A DNA stretch of 64,000 bases from Desulfatiglandales bacterium (GCA_963662465.1 OY759599.1:7808001-7872000); one strand, 5' to 3'; positions 19,001 to 31,001 are shown, counted from the first letter of the stretch. Notes: generated from the letters alone by a model not told the origin. Numbers and translations: made by a program.

Positions 19001-19611
19001 GTCTGGAATCTAGAATCGATGCGCTGAAAAAGGATCTGCTTAATCCCGCGGGGCCATGTATCAGCACCAATAGAAACTATCCATTTGCCCTTTTTCATTA
19101 CCCGCCACAGGAAGAATTTAAGATGCGGGCCAAATTGGTGGCGCTTCTGGATACCCTTCGCAGTAAGGGATGGACGATTCTGAATGTGGATTTGTTTTCC
19201 ACTCTTGTTGAATACTTGGGAAAACAAGAAGGAGGAGAGCTTATTGAGGCGCTTATCCAGGAAGAAAAACTCCAGTACAAGGCGAGTCGGAAAAATCATT
19301 CAATGCCCTTAAGTGTATTACAAAACAGTCTGGATGTATTTTTGAAAGACACAAAAGAATATCCCAAGGTTGTTTTTGACAGGATTATGGAAAAAACAGA
19401 GCATAGTGATGAGACGAAAACCGTTATCTTTCTATCCAGAATCGGAGCCTTGTACCCCTTTTATAGAACTTCATCATTATTACGCTACTTAGACAAGGGC
19501 ATTCGAGTCCCCACAATAGTACTCTATCCCGGGGAGCGAACGGAACAGTACTACCTCTCTTTTATGGGCGAAATGGATGCCGACAGAGACTATCGCCCCA
19601 GGATCTATTAG
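18997..19611 (+). CDS. brxB: BREX BrxB protein (DUF1788)
   Basis: YPPQEEF, IGALYPFYRTSSLL, VLYPGER, SFMG..RDYRPRIY; ATGA coupling with brxA. Confidence 0.85.
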   Translation: MSLESRIDALKKDLLNPAGPCISTNRNYPFALFHYPPQEEFKMRAKLVALLDTLRSKGWTILNVDLFSTLVEYLGKQEGGELIEALIQEEKLQYKASRKNHSMPLSVLQNSLDVFLKDTKEYPKVVFDRIMEKTEHSDETKTVIFLSRIGALYPFYRTSSLLRYLDKGIRVPTIVLYPGERTEQYYLSFMGEMDADRDYRPRIY

Positions 19612-20993
19612 TGAAGGAGAAAATATGAGCCGGATCAAAGATGTCTTTTTTAGGAACATCGAGGAAAACATCGCGCCTGTAATCTATTTTCATCAGCTTG
19701 AACCGGAGGTGGCCGCCCAGGAAGTGGCGGAATACATATTCACCACCCGCTCTGCATCCCATGGCAACCGGTTGGGAGGAATCCATGAGCAGATGGTGTC
19801 CCTTTTAAATCAGATATCCATTGCCATCGATGAGGGACACAAACTTCCTGCCTCCTGGATATCCGGTTTTTTTGGTTCCGGCAAGTCCTCCTTTGCAAAG
19901 CTCTTTGGATTAGCCCTCGATCATATGGAACTCCCCAATGGGACCACCATGGATAAGGCCCTCATGGAAAGGGATGATACTCCCAACTTCAAAGAACTCC
20001 ATGAGGCATTCGACAAATTAAGCCGTCAGATAAACAGTATGTCTGTGATCTTTGATATTGGCACAGCAGCAAAGAATAATGAGAGCACACCCCATACGGT
20101 TTACCGGCATATTCTGCAAAAGCTGGGATATTCACGCCATGATGGGGTGGCTTACTATGAGGTCGCCCTGGAAGATGAGTCCCGCTACGATGAATTTTTA
20201 AAATTGTACAATGAGCAGTATCAAAATCCCTGGGCGGAAAAATGCAGCTCTGCCTTGGCGCCGCAGCAGTTCCGGGCAATTTATAAAAAAATCTTCCCTG
20301 AACAGGATGACCTTCTGGAGACCAGCACCTTTAACCTGAACTCGTTAAATATCCAGAATATGGTCTCCAATATATACAAGGTTGTAGCGCGACGGGCTCC
20401 GGGAAAGACAATTTTTGTCGTGGTGGATGAGGTCTCTCAATACATTGCCAAAGATCAGAATAAGATGCTGGACCTCCAATCCTTTGTTTCAGAGATAGGG
20501 GGTCGGGTTAAGCCCGGTAAAAGTCCCCTGTGGTTACTGGTTACCGGCCAGGAAAAGCTGGAAGAAGAGAGCAACGAATCAGTCCTTTTTAAACTCAAAG
20601 ACCGTTTTCCTCCCGCCCTGCGGGTACATCTCGACAGGGCCAACGTCAAGGAGGTTGTCAGCCGCAGGCTCCTGAAAAAAACAGCTGGGTCTGAACTGGA
20701 AACCATTGTTTCGGATTCCAATTTAGATAGCCTTAAACTCCATGGATACGAATGCGCAAACGTAACAAAAGAGCAGATCATTGAACATTATCCCTTGCTC
20801 CCGGGGTATATTTCCCTGTTTATGGATATTACGCAATGCATCAGGAGCCGCTCCTCACGTACCCAGAGTGATGCCGGCGGTGTACGATCCGTGCTGAATA
20901 ACATCTGGGACCTGTTTAACCGTGAACCTGTCACCCTTAAGGATCGCCCTCTCGGTAAGCTGATGACCCTTGATATGCTCTACGATATTATCG

Positions 20994-22914
20994 CAGGGTG
21001 AATTTATTCTTCCGAATTATCCAAATAAAATATAAAAGTTGCGCTACATTATGGACAGAAACCCTCGGATGGTGTATATACTGTGACAGGCACCAAACCA
21101 ATTCGGGGTTTAAATTCTTGAACGTTAAGCAAGTCCGCATTCAAATAGTCCGCCCGCTTGAAGAACAACGCTTTCAGCATCTGATGCAGTCGCATCATTA
21201 TTTGGGCGCTCTTCCCAAGATCAGCGAAACCCTCTGGTATACAGCTAGACTAAATAGTGAGTGGATTGCGCTTGTCAGTTTTTCTGCTCCCGCTTTGAAA
21301 TGTACACCAAGGGACAGCTGGATCGGATGGAATTTTCGCCATCAATACGATCGACTGAAACTGGTAACCAATAACAGTCGTTTTCTAATTTTGCCCGAAT
21401 GGCATATTCCGAATCTCGCATCCCGTATCCTTTCATTATGTCGGAAGCGAATGCAGGCTGATTGGCAGGAGCGTTTCGGGCATCCGGTTGTACTCCTGGA
21501 AACCTTTGTGGACCCAAAGCAATTCCACGGAACCGTATATCGAGCGTCTAATTGGATATATGTTGGTAAAACAAAGGGTTTTCATCGAACTCGCCAAGGC
21601 TACAGCGATAAAGCGGATTCACCGAAAATGGTTTTTCTTAAACCATTGGTTTCCAATGTTCAAGCACTGTTATCCCGACCTGTTCTCAAAAAACCATATC
21701 TTACAGGAGGTTACAAAATCATGCTCAGTGCGGAACATATGAAATCTCTACCCGACTTTTTTGCTCAAATTCCCGACCCGCGTCGATCCCAGGGACGACG
21801 TCACAGGCTCTCCACTGTTCTGGCCATTGCCACCGCCGCAACACTGTGCGGAATGCGCGGTTATCTGGCGATATCCGATTGGGTAAATGGTCTTGGACAA
21901 AAAGCCCTTGAGCGTTTCCGTTGCCGATATGAAAATAAGCGCTATGTAGCTCCCAGTCAGTCTACTATCCGTGATGTTCTGGTTCGCGTTGACCCCACAG
22001 AACTCGACAAAGCTCTCCAGCGTTGGAATCTGCTTTACGGTGAACAGGACGAAAGCTTGGCCATCGATGGAAAAACCATGTGTAATGCCATCGATGAACA
22101 AGGTTATCAGACTCACATCATGAGTGCTGTCGGCCATCAAACTAAGACCTGTTACACCCAAAAAAAGTCGGTTCTCTCCCTGTAGAAGGCAAAGACGAAC
22201 TCAAGCGAACCAATGAAATCAAAACGGCTGCCCCTTTACTGGACGCGATCGATATCGAAGGCAAAGTCATTTCAGCTGACGCACTGCTAACCCAAAGGAC
22301 TTTTGCTAAATATTTGGTCGAGCAACGCAACGCCCATTACCATTTCATCGCCAAAAACAACCAGCCCACATTACTTCAAGACATTTCCCTGTATTTTGAG
22401 GGCTGCAACGATCCTGATTTCATACAACACGATGCTCCCGATCATGGTCGCATCGAAGTGCGCAAAATATGGACGACTACCGAACTTAACCTATACCTGG
22501 ATTTCCCGTATGTCGGCCAGGCTTTTATGATCCAGAGAGAAGTTACAAACAAGAAAACCGGTAAATGCACAGTTGAGGTTGCTTACGGCATAACGAGTCA
22601 ATCACCTGATCAGGCGAATCCCGAACGTGTACTTTCTATCAATCGCGGTCACTGGAGCATTGAAAACGAGTGCCATTACATCATCGACTGGAACTACGAC
22701 GAAGATCGAAGCCGAATAAGAACCGGCAATGGTCCTGAAAACATGACCAGGCTGCGTAGATTCGCGGTGGGCGTCATTAAGGCGAAAGGCGTTCGCAGTG
22801 TAGCCCAGAAAATGCGCCAGCTCACGCAGAACGTAAGGGGTGTCTTCGACTATCTCAAGATGACCAAAAATTCAGTGCCCCAAGCGTGATACCTGTTAGA
22901 ACAAATTTACCGTG
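20994..22914 (+). mobile_element. ISAs1-family element, 1921 bp
   Basis: IRs cagggtgaatttattct / agaacaaatttaccgtg (14/17); 10-bp TSD GATATTATCG at 20984-20993 and 22915-22924. Confidence 0.92.
21118..22889 (+). CDS. DUF4338-fused ISAs1 transposase, likely made by -1 frameshift at A-AAA-AAG (about 22161-22167)
   Basis: HHYLG, NNSRFLILP, ETFVDP, YRASNW (DUF4338); IPDPR, AIDGKT; -1 frame gives TNEI, ADALLTQ, KNNQP, HGRIE, HWSIEN. Confidence 0.85.
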
Positions 22915-25900
22915 GATATTATCGGGTCAAGCATTGACAGTGATGTACAGTTGACCCTCCACAAGGTGTTTGAAAAACAAGGACCGGACACATGGGAAAC
23001 CAAGGTGATTAAAGCGATTTCACTCTTGGAGATGAATGCTGAACAGCTGCCTGTGCAGTTGAGGCTTCTTTCCTCTCTTCTCTACCCGGAACTTGGCGCC
23101 CCTTCCGTTGAAGACGAGGTGAAAATCGCTCTCGAAAACCTAAACAAGGATAATTGGATTCAGTATCATGAAAAGTATGGCTGGCGAATTCAAAACAATG
23201 CAGCTCAGGACTGGAGCCGGCAGAAGAGTGAAATATCCATCCCCTCCAGTCGAATCGTTGAGCTTCTTACGGATTTGCAGAAAGATATTGTATCCACTGT
23301 GAATCAACCTACCCTCAATGGCGCCCGCTTTCCCCTGGAATCCTATTGGGGGCTCGAACAGAAAATCACAGGTAAAAACGACTCCACCAAGGTGAAACTC
23401 TGTTTTCACTGGGTTAAAAATACCAGTAAACGCAAGGATCTGGATCAATGGATAAACCTGAGCCGACAGCATAAGAGGATGTTTCATTGGGTATCCGGTG
23501 ATCCAAGCGACCTGGAAAATAAGGTGAGAGAATATGAGCGTTCGCAGAAAATGATACTCCGTTACAAAGGTCAGGGACAGCTGCAACCCCTGCAGCAGCA
23601 GCTCATGTACCAGGAACAGGCGGAAAGTGAACGTCTTTGGGAGGTGATCAAAAAGGATCTCAGACAGGTTTGGATTCGCGGAGTTTTCTTTTTTGATGGC
23701 GACATTTTTGAAATGAGTCAGGCCGGCGTCTCCTTTGAGAACGCATTAAAGACCGAAATAGAAAAGAGGATGGTGCAGCTGTTTCATAAATTTTCTCAAG
23801 GCCATATCTCAATAACGGAATCAGATTATAAGCAGCTCCTGGAAAAGGACACTTCCGGCCTGGGGACCGTGTTTTTTGATGGGGATGGCGCCCTGGGGAT
23901 TGCACAGAACGACGCGGGACGGATCATTTTTAAGTGTGACGGCCAAGTTCCCCGGGAACTATTTCAATATCTCGAAGAAAGAACATACCTGACAGGGGAA
24001 CAACTGATCAAACATTTTGGCGCGGACCCGTTCGGCTATTCAGCCACAGTGGTTAAAGCCTCTGTTTTGGGGCTTTTACGGGAGGAACGACTTCGCGTTA
24101 GTGATCACAAAAAGAATGAAATCACCTCAATTCAGGACCCGGGGGCTAAATCCCTGTTTGAACAGCATCGGGAATTCCTTCGCGCGGAGATTGAAATCAA
24201 CAAGGACACCACTCTGACAGGAAGGGACAGGACCACCTTGCGCCGATTCTTTGAGGATTCCCTGGGCTTGACCCATGTGGACAGTGCATCGGATATACTG
24301 GCAGACCTGGTTTTTAAACACTTCCCCGAATGGAAAGATAAGGTGTCAGAGCTAAACAGCAAACTCGGAAGCCTCAATATTTCCGTTCCCGTGGAGATGA
24401 AAGAATTTAACAAGGCCTTAACCGCCTGTTTGGAAAATCGTCAAGTTCAAAAAACCCTTGAGCGGTTTAAGCGAAATCTCGATGTTATCCAGAAAGGTGT
24501 TGCCAGGGTAAAGGAGCTGGAGGAAAGCCTTAATGAGGATACTGAAAAAGAGCTGCGCCGGTTAAAAAACATACTGGAGGTGCAGGCGAAGCAGTTGGAG
24601 CAGGTGGGGGAAGCATCAGCCGTTCAAGGCTCCATTTCATTCCTTGAGAACCACATGCAGGGCAGTGCCCCCTGGCGGGGATATGCGGATGTAAAGCCCG
24701 GGGCCGAACAGATTATCGTCCAATACAAGCAGATAAGAAGGCTTTACAAAGATCAGCAGCAGGAGGAACTGGACAAGCAACTATCTCAAATTAAGCTAAG
24801 GCCAGATTTTGGGGGCCTTGATCAGGATAAACAGCAGGAGGTTTTACAACGCATCCGCAAGGTATTTGTGGATGTGGACGAAGATGCCGTACAGCCTCAG
24901 CTCTTGCTGATTAAGCAGACCCCGGACAGGATTCGGGAAGCGACATCCGAGGCCCACCTTTTTGTGGACCAGTTGGTCAATGAGGCTGCGGATAATGGAG
25001 AAGATTCTGAAAAAGATCCTCCCAAACCACGCGTGCATACCATACGCCTGGGTTTACGCAACAGGATTATCAGTGATACGGATGAACTGGAGCAGGTTCT
25101 TTCCAACTTAAAAGAGAAATGTCTAAAAGAGTTAGAGGCAGGCATAAAGGTAAGGTTTGAAGAATGACTGGGATACGGGAAACAACCAAGAGAAGCTTTA
25201 AAAATTGTGTCATCGCCATAAGAAACAGGCTGTTGGAAGACTTGGAGCAGGCCTGTTATCAGCGCTATTCCCTGAATGCAAAGGACCGCGGGAAAGTTCA
25301 ATTAACCTATCAGGAAGACCTCCACTACAAAAGGCTTTTTGCCTGGCTGGAAGATTCTGGAAGGTCCCATAAAGATTGGAAATCCAATTTAAAAGATTTG
25401 GTCAAAGAACGGGCCTACACCCTGACGAACCGTCTGGTTATTCTGATGCAGCTGGAATGCCGGGACCTGAGAAAGGTGAAACTCATCAGCCAAGGCATTG
25501 AAAAGTCGGCGTTTCGTACAGAGCAGGAGTTCTTTGTGGCCTTGACCCAGGGCGATGATCAGGGATTTGGTTTTATCCTCCAGCAGGTGTGGGATCAGTT
25601 GGCCCTGGAGCTTCCCGCACTGTTTGAATACAACGAGACCCACGAATGCGTGCCTATGCCAGGACCCACACTGCTTTGGCTGATCCAGGAGCTTAATCGA
25701 GATGATCTTCAAGAGGCCTGGAAGGATGACACCACGTTAGGCTGGCTGTACCAATTCTGGAATGACCCGGACCGTAAAGCCGTGGATGCAAAGCTCAACA
25801 CCACTTCCGGTAAAGTCGAAGCTCACGAAATTTCTGAAAAGACACAGCTTTTTACAGAGCGTTATATGGTTGAGTGGCTGGTGCAGAATTCCCTGGGAGC

Positions 25901-27708
25901 CCAATGGCTTGCAATTTGTGGGAAGCATGGCTGGATTCCTCGCGCCCAGGAAAAGATTGAGAAACTTGAAATCAGAAGAAAAGAGTGGAATCAAAGGATC
26001 GCAAATGAAGAGGTCCTTGAAACTGAGCCAATGCCAATCAACGGCGATGAAGAGCTTTGGAAATATTATGTGGCCCAGGACTTAGCTGAAGAAACTATTG
26101 AATCCGCTCCGTTATCTTTAGACAAGGTTAAGGTTCTCGATCCTGCAATGGGGAGCGGACATTTTTTGGTCTATGTGTTTGATTTCCTATGGGAGCTCTA
26201 CCAGGACCAGGCCCGTCTTCAAGGGAAAGAGTACAATTCCAAACAGACAATAGACTGGATACTGAATAATAACCTTCACGGGATCGATATTGATAACCGA
26301 GCGGTCCAGATAGGGGCGGCGGCGCTTTACATTAAGGCCCAGGAGAATATGCCTGGATACAGGATCGAAGAGCTGAATCTTGTGGCTTCTGATTTGGGCT
26401 TGAGCCATCTTGAAAAAGACAATCCGGCAGTTCTTGGATTCATCAAAATCCTTGAACAAGAGCTGGGGTTGCACCAGGAAATCAGCCTTGAAATTATCAA
26501 TGCCCTGAAAGGGGCTGAGTATCTTGGTTCTTTGCTTCAAGTGGAAAAAGAGATTGAGAGGATAGTCAAGTACTATCATGCTTTCACTATGACTAAAGAT
26601 ATTAAGGAGGTGCAGGAAAAAATCCTTCAGGCGTTAACCGGTTTTATTCATGATCATGATCAGGGGGAAGACTTAGGCGTCAGATCATTGGCTGAGCAAA
26701 TGGGGAAAGGACTTAGACTTATTGAGCTGTTGGGAAAAAAATATGATGTGGTTGTGGCCAATCCTCCCTATTTAGGAATTGCAAAAGCGAGAAAGGAAAT
26801 TGCAGATCAAATTCAATTGCATTATCAGGATGGCAAGGCTGATCTCTATTCTATTTTTATGTTGAGGTCCTTTCAACTTGCACAAGATTATGGAAAAGTT
26901 GCAATGGTAACTCTTCGCGGTTGGATGTTCCTCTCCCAATTTGAAGATGTTCGCATCAAATTGTTAAGAGAGTCAAATTTCATATCTTTTGGAGACCTTC
27001 ATCTTGGAGCTTTTAATGATATGAAAGATGTTTCTGCAACAATGTTTGTTTGTCAGAAATCCAATCTTAAAAGTCTATCCACTAAAATTGTTAGACCAGT
27101 TCCAAAACTTCAGATTCGTAGAGATCAGCATCAGGTTGGTAAAAATGTAAGAGGGCTCATTCGCGCAGATGAAGTCTACACCTTCCTCCAATCCCGTTTT
27201 GCCGAAATCCCCGGTTCGCCAATAATCTATTGGTGGCCCGAAGAGTTTCGCCAGACCTATTTGAAGGCCCCGAAATTGGGTAACCTATCTGATGTTAGAC
27301 AAGGTTTGGCGTCTTCTTTGAATAATCGGTTTCTAAGAAGACCTTATGAGATAGATTTACAGAGTCTTGAGCTAAATCCTCCAAACTTTGTTGATCAAAA
27401 TGTGGATTATTTCAAATGGCAACCATATGTGAAAGGAGCTTCCGGAAAACGATGGTATGAGGGGCTTGTTGATATAATTATTTGGCAGGGAAATGGTCTA
27501 GAAGTAAAAGCATATGCAAGTAAATTATATGGTTCAGCATCAAGATCCCGGGCGGCCACCCAAAATCCCCCACCTGTGGCCACTTGAAAATCCCCCACCT
27601 AAAGAGGTTCAAAATGTAGATTTTTGATCTTCGGCTCAATTCACAAAATGGTGACAGGACGTTATACCATCTCCCAATGCAATTTAATTGAATTGGGAGG
27701 AAGAAAGG

Positions 27709-30393
27709 ATGAACGTTTTGAAGCCGGACAAGAAATCTACCATCATTACCCTACTTAAAAATGGCGTTGGTCAGCGTGAAGTACATCGTAAGACCAATAT
27801 TGACAGGAAAACGATCCGAAAATACGCAAAAGAAAGTGGCTTTTTACCCGAAGATTCCGACTTAAATTCAAGATCCCCCACCCTGGCCACCGGGGCTGAT
27901 TGCATCATCAGTGAAAATCCCCCACCCCGGCCACCGGTAAACAGCACATTCAAGGGAGAAAAACGGGCGATTCCACTCCATGCCAGATCAGCATGTGAGC
28001 CTCACCGAGAATGGATTGAAAAGCAGGTGAAGCTCGGGAGGAATGCCGTAGCGATTTACCAAGATTTGGTCGAGCGATTTGCCTTTACCCACAAATACAA
28101 CAGCGTAAAGCGGTTTGTAAGGGGACTGAGAAAAGAGGACCCCAAGCAATTCGATCGATTGGAGTTTTTACCAGGGGAAGAGGCTCAGGTAGACTATGGC
28201 ACGGGAGCCAAAACGCTTCATTCGACAGGGAAATACCGTAAAACTCGTCTCTTTATAATGACGTTGAAATACTCCAGGCGCTCATTCCGGAAAGTAGTTT
28301 GGCAATCAAGCAAAGAAACATGGGCAAAACTTCATGAGGAGTCATTTCGATATTTCGGAGGTTGCCCCCAATATGTGGTTCTGGACAATTTGAAAGAGGG
28401 CGTCATCAAACCGGATCTTTACGAACCTGAATTGAACACCGTCTATGCGGCCATGCTGGAGCATTACGGGGTTGTTGCAGATCCGGCAAGAGTTAGAGAC
28501 CCAAACCGGAAAGGGACTGTTGAAAATGCCGTACAGCATACCCAAGACACAGCTTTAAAAGGTCGCACATTTGAATCGATTGAACGACAGAATGAATGGC
28601 TTATGCACTGGGAGGAACAATGGGCTGCTCAGCGGATACACGGGAGAACCAAGCGACAGGTTGAAGAAATGTTTCAAGAAGAAAAACCGTACCTTAAACA
28701 ACTTCCCTTAACTGCATTCAGCTATTTCAGCCAAGAAATCCGTACGGTCTGGGATGACGGCGCCATTCAGGTGGGGAAATCCTATTATTCAGCCTTGCCG
28801 GCGCCCCTTTATACAAAGGTTATTGTCAGGATTTATGACAGAGAGATTGAGATTATCAATCCTGTAACAATGGAGATTTTCCGCAGGCACGCCAAGAACA
28901 GCAGGCCGGGATCTGTCAATATACCGCCGGAAGATAGGATTTTTAATCCTTCACGTCAAACAACGTATCTCTTTGCCAAAGCAGAGAGCATTGGTCCCGC
29001 AACTTTAAAATTATGCAAGGTCTTGTTTGAGGAAGAAGGCAGAACCGGTCAAAGACGAATACAGGGGATTGTCAACCTGGTCCGACATTATGAGGCCCGT
29101 TACGTGGAACAGGCCTGCATCAAAGCCAATAATGTGGGGCTGCGCAATTACAAATCCATCCGCAACCTTGTCAAAACGTTAGCCGAAAAAAACCAGGAAG
29201 AAAAGGATTCTGAGGGGCTGATTCAGGAACATAAATTAATACGCCCTCCGGAAGATTATGCTGCATTCTGGGAGCAGCACGCCGCACAGACACCGGTTTC
29301 GGAGGAAGGAGCAAACCGTTTTGTCATGCCCAAAGAGCAACTACCCGCAGTTTGGAAAAATGCAAGCTGGGAGAGAGTGATTGATGTTTTTGGCCTGGAA
29401 GTTGATGGAAACCGCCGCTGTAAGGCCAACGAGACATGGATCAAATCGCCTTTTACAGGCGAAAAAACTGCTTCGCTGCATTTGAACCTGACGGAGAATA
29501 TCTTCAAGGATTTCAGCAGTGGCCTGGGGGCGAAAGTCGGTGTACTCAATTTCTGCCAGGATCTTTTAGCGCTGCGAGGCCAGGCAATGAATTGCTATGA
29601 AGTTGCCTCCTGGATGGTGGAAAATGGAATTTCAAATTTGGATATACGTTCACGCGAGGTTAAAAACCATGTTCCTGAACTCAAAAAACCGAAAGAAAAC
29701 AAACCGATTCAAGTGGATTTAAGGCGTTTTGTACAGCCGCAACATCCAGAATTAAAACATCGACAGGTTTCAGAGGCGACATGTCGCTATCTGGGATGTG
29801 GTTTTCTCCCGGAAAGGCCGAATGGAAACAAACAGTCACCTCTCAATGGCCGGTTGGTGTTTCAAGTGCGGGGAATGTCCGGCGCTATACTGACACATGT
29901 CGGTCGTGCATTGACACTGCAGCAAGAAAAAACGAATGGGAAATACTGGAGCTTTCCGTTCTTCAAAAAACTGGAAATATACAACCAGGACAAACTGTTA
30001 TCAGATGCTTCAGCAAAGGATCAAGTTCAGCGGCTTGGCTTGGTGCTGGTAGAAGGTTTTTTTGATGTGGCAGTTTTGGTCGAATCGGGTTGTTTGAACG
30101 TCGGAGCACTGATGGGGTCGCACATGACCGAACAACAGGCAGCCCGAATAAAGTTAATCAGCTCACACATTGAGATTCCCAAAATTACCGTTTTTTTGGA
30201 CAGGGATGAAGCTGGGAGGATTGGCGCACAAAAAGCAGTTACTGTGCTGCGGAAAAATGGGTTTTCAGCCGAGGCCTTTGACTGGAACCAGACCCTTGGG
30301 TCGTCATTTGTGAAAATCCCAATGGCCGTTATGGATCCAGGCGATATGTCGTTAAGGCAGCTAAAGTGGTTGAGAAAAAAGGGAAACATTTGA
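27709..30393 (+). CDS. istA: IstA DDE transposase fused to a DnaG-like primase module (ZBD-like plus TOPRIM)
   Basis: HTH, PGEEAQVDYG, VVLDNLKEGV, PNRKGTVE; then SPFTGEKTASL..FKDFSSG, LVEGFFDV, GALMGS, FLDRDEAG, DPGD; no stop codon between modules. Confidence 0.88.
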   Translation: MNVLKPDKKSTIITLLKNGVGQREVHRKTNIDRKTIRKYAKESGFLPEDSDLNSRSPTLATGADCIISENPPPRPPVNSTFKGEKRAIPLHARSACEPHREWIEKQVKLGRNAVAIYQDLVERFAFTHKYNSVKRFVRGLRKEDPKQFDRLEFLPGEEAQVDYGTGAKTLHSTGKYRKTRLFIMTLKYSRRSFRKVVWQSSKETWAKLHEESFRYFGGCPQYVVLDNLKEGVIKPDLYEPELNTVYAAMLEHYGVVADPARVRDPNRKGTVENAVQHTQDTALKGRTFESIERQNEWLMHWEEQWAAQRIHGRTKRQVEEMFQEEKPYLKQLPLTAFSYFSQEIRTVWDDGAIQVGKSYYSALPAPLYTKVIVRIYDREIEIINPVTMEIFRRHAKNSRPGSVNIPPEDRIFNPSRQTTYLFAKAESIGPATLKLCKVLFEEEGRTGQRRIQGIVNLVRHYEARYVEQACIKANNVGLRNYKSIRNLVKTLAEKNQEEKDSEGLIQEHKLIRPPEDYAAFWEQHAAQTPVSEEGANRFVMPKEQLPAVWKNASWERVIDVFGLEVDGNRRCKANETWIKSPFTGEKTASLHLNLTENIFKDFSSGLGAKVGVLNFCQDLLALRGQAMNCYEVASWMVENGISNLDIRSREVKNHVPELKKPKENKPIQVDLRRFVQPQHPELKHRQVSEATCRYLGCGFLPERPNGNKQSPLNGRLVFQVRGMSGAILTHVGRALTLQQEKTNGKYWSFPFFKKLEIYNQDKLLSDASAKDQVQRLGLVLVEGFFDVAVLVESGCLNVGALMGSHMTEQQAARIKLISSHIEIPKITVFLDRDEAGRIGAQKAVTVLRKNGFSAEAFDWNQTLGSSFVKIPMAVMDPGDMSLRQLKWLRKKGNI

Positions 30394-30450
30394 TTTCCAT
30401 CGCCACGTTCTCGGTGGCGCGGAAATTTGTTTAACCTAAACGGCCATCCG

Positions 30451-30926
30451 AAGGAATCGGGCTTATGTATAAGCGAATATGGTCGGACTTTTTGAATCTC
30501 GTTACACGATAATCATAGGGCTTGATTGTTTTGGAGGTGAAAATGGGAGGCGGAAAACGTATGGGAGCCAGTCGAAAAAAGAAATCAGATCATTTGAGAC
30601 GTGAACTGCTGACAATTCGATTGCCGAAGTGGATGATTTCACAGCTCAAAAACAAATGTGAAATTGGCTATTTGATCGAGGATCAATTAAGGAATCGGGC
30701 TTATGTATAGGCGAATATGGTCGGACTTTTTGAATCTCGTTACACGATAATCATAGGGCTTGATTGTTTTGGAGGTGAAAATGCGAGGCGGAAAACGTAC
30801 GGGAGCCGGTCGAAAAAAGAAATCAGATCATTTGAGACGTGAACTGCTGACAATTCGATTGCCGAAGTGGATGATTTCACAGCTCAAAAACAAATGTGAA
30901 ATTGGCTATTTGATCGAGGATCAATT
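30451..30926 (+). repeat. 238-bp tandem direct duplication
   Basis: 30451-30688 and 30689-30926 are near-identical with a few substitutions. Confidence 0.92.
30543..30710 (+). CDS. Small basic RHH-like DNA-binding protein, copy 1 (altered C-terminus)
   Basis: GGAGGTG RBS; GGKRMGASRKK, LLTIRLPKW. Confidence 0.55.
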   Translation: MGGGKRMGASRKKKSDHLRRELLTIRLPKWMISQLKNKCEIGYLIEDQLRNRAYV

Positions 30927-30978
30927 GAGGAAGATAGATTTTTTGGATATCCCGGATGACTATGACATTGATAACTGA
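30781..30978 (+). CDS. Small basic RHH-like DNA-binding protein, copy 2 (complete)
   Basis: GGAGGTG RBS; RGGKRTGAGRKK motif followed by a TIRLP beta-strand and helices. Confidence 0.65.
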   Translation: MRGGKRTGAGRKKKSDHLRRELLTIRLPKWMISQLKNKCEIGYLIEDQLRKIDFLDIPDDYDIDN

Positions 30979-31001
30979 AATCGAGAAAGGAGAAACTGAA
31001 T

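Larger units (their letters stand above)
19625..25167 (+). pseudogene. brxC: BREX BrxC P-loop ATPase interrupted by an ISAs1 element
   Basis: WISGFFGSGKSSF, VVDEVSQY, VTGQEKL; removing the IS and one TSD joins 19625-20993 to 22925-25167 in frame (LYDII|GSSID, about 1203 aa). Confidence 0.9.

Noticed and set aside
20998..21117. ORF-track start of the transposase at 20998
   Set aside because: Falls inside the left IR; homology begins near 21118
21118..21720. DUF4338 as part of a Druantia defence system
   Set aside because: It lies inside the IS ends, fused to the transposase; no other dru genes are present
29326..30393. Primase as evidence of a prophage or the chromosomal dnaG
   Set aside because: No phage genes or rpsU/rpoD context; it is enclosed by IS ends
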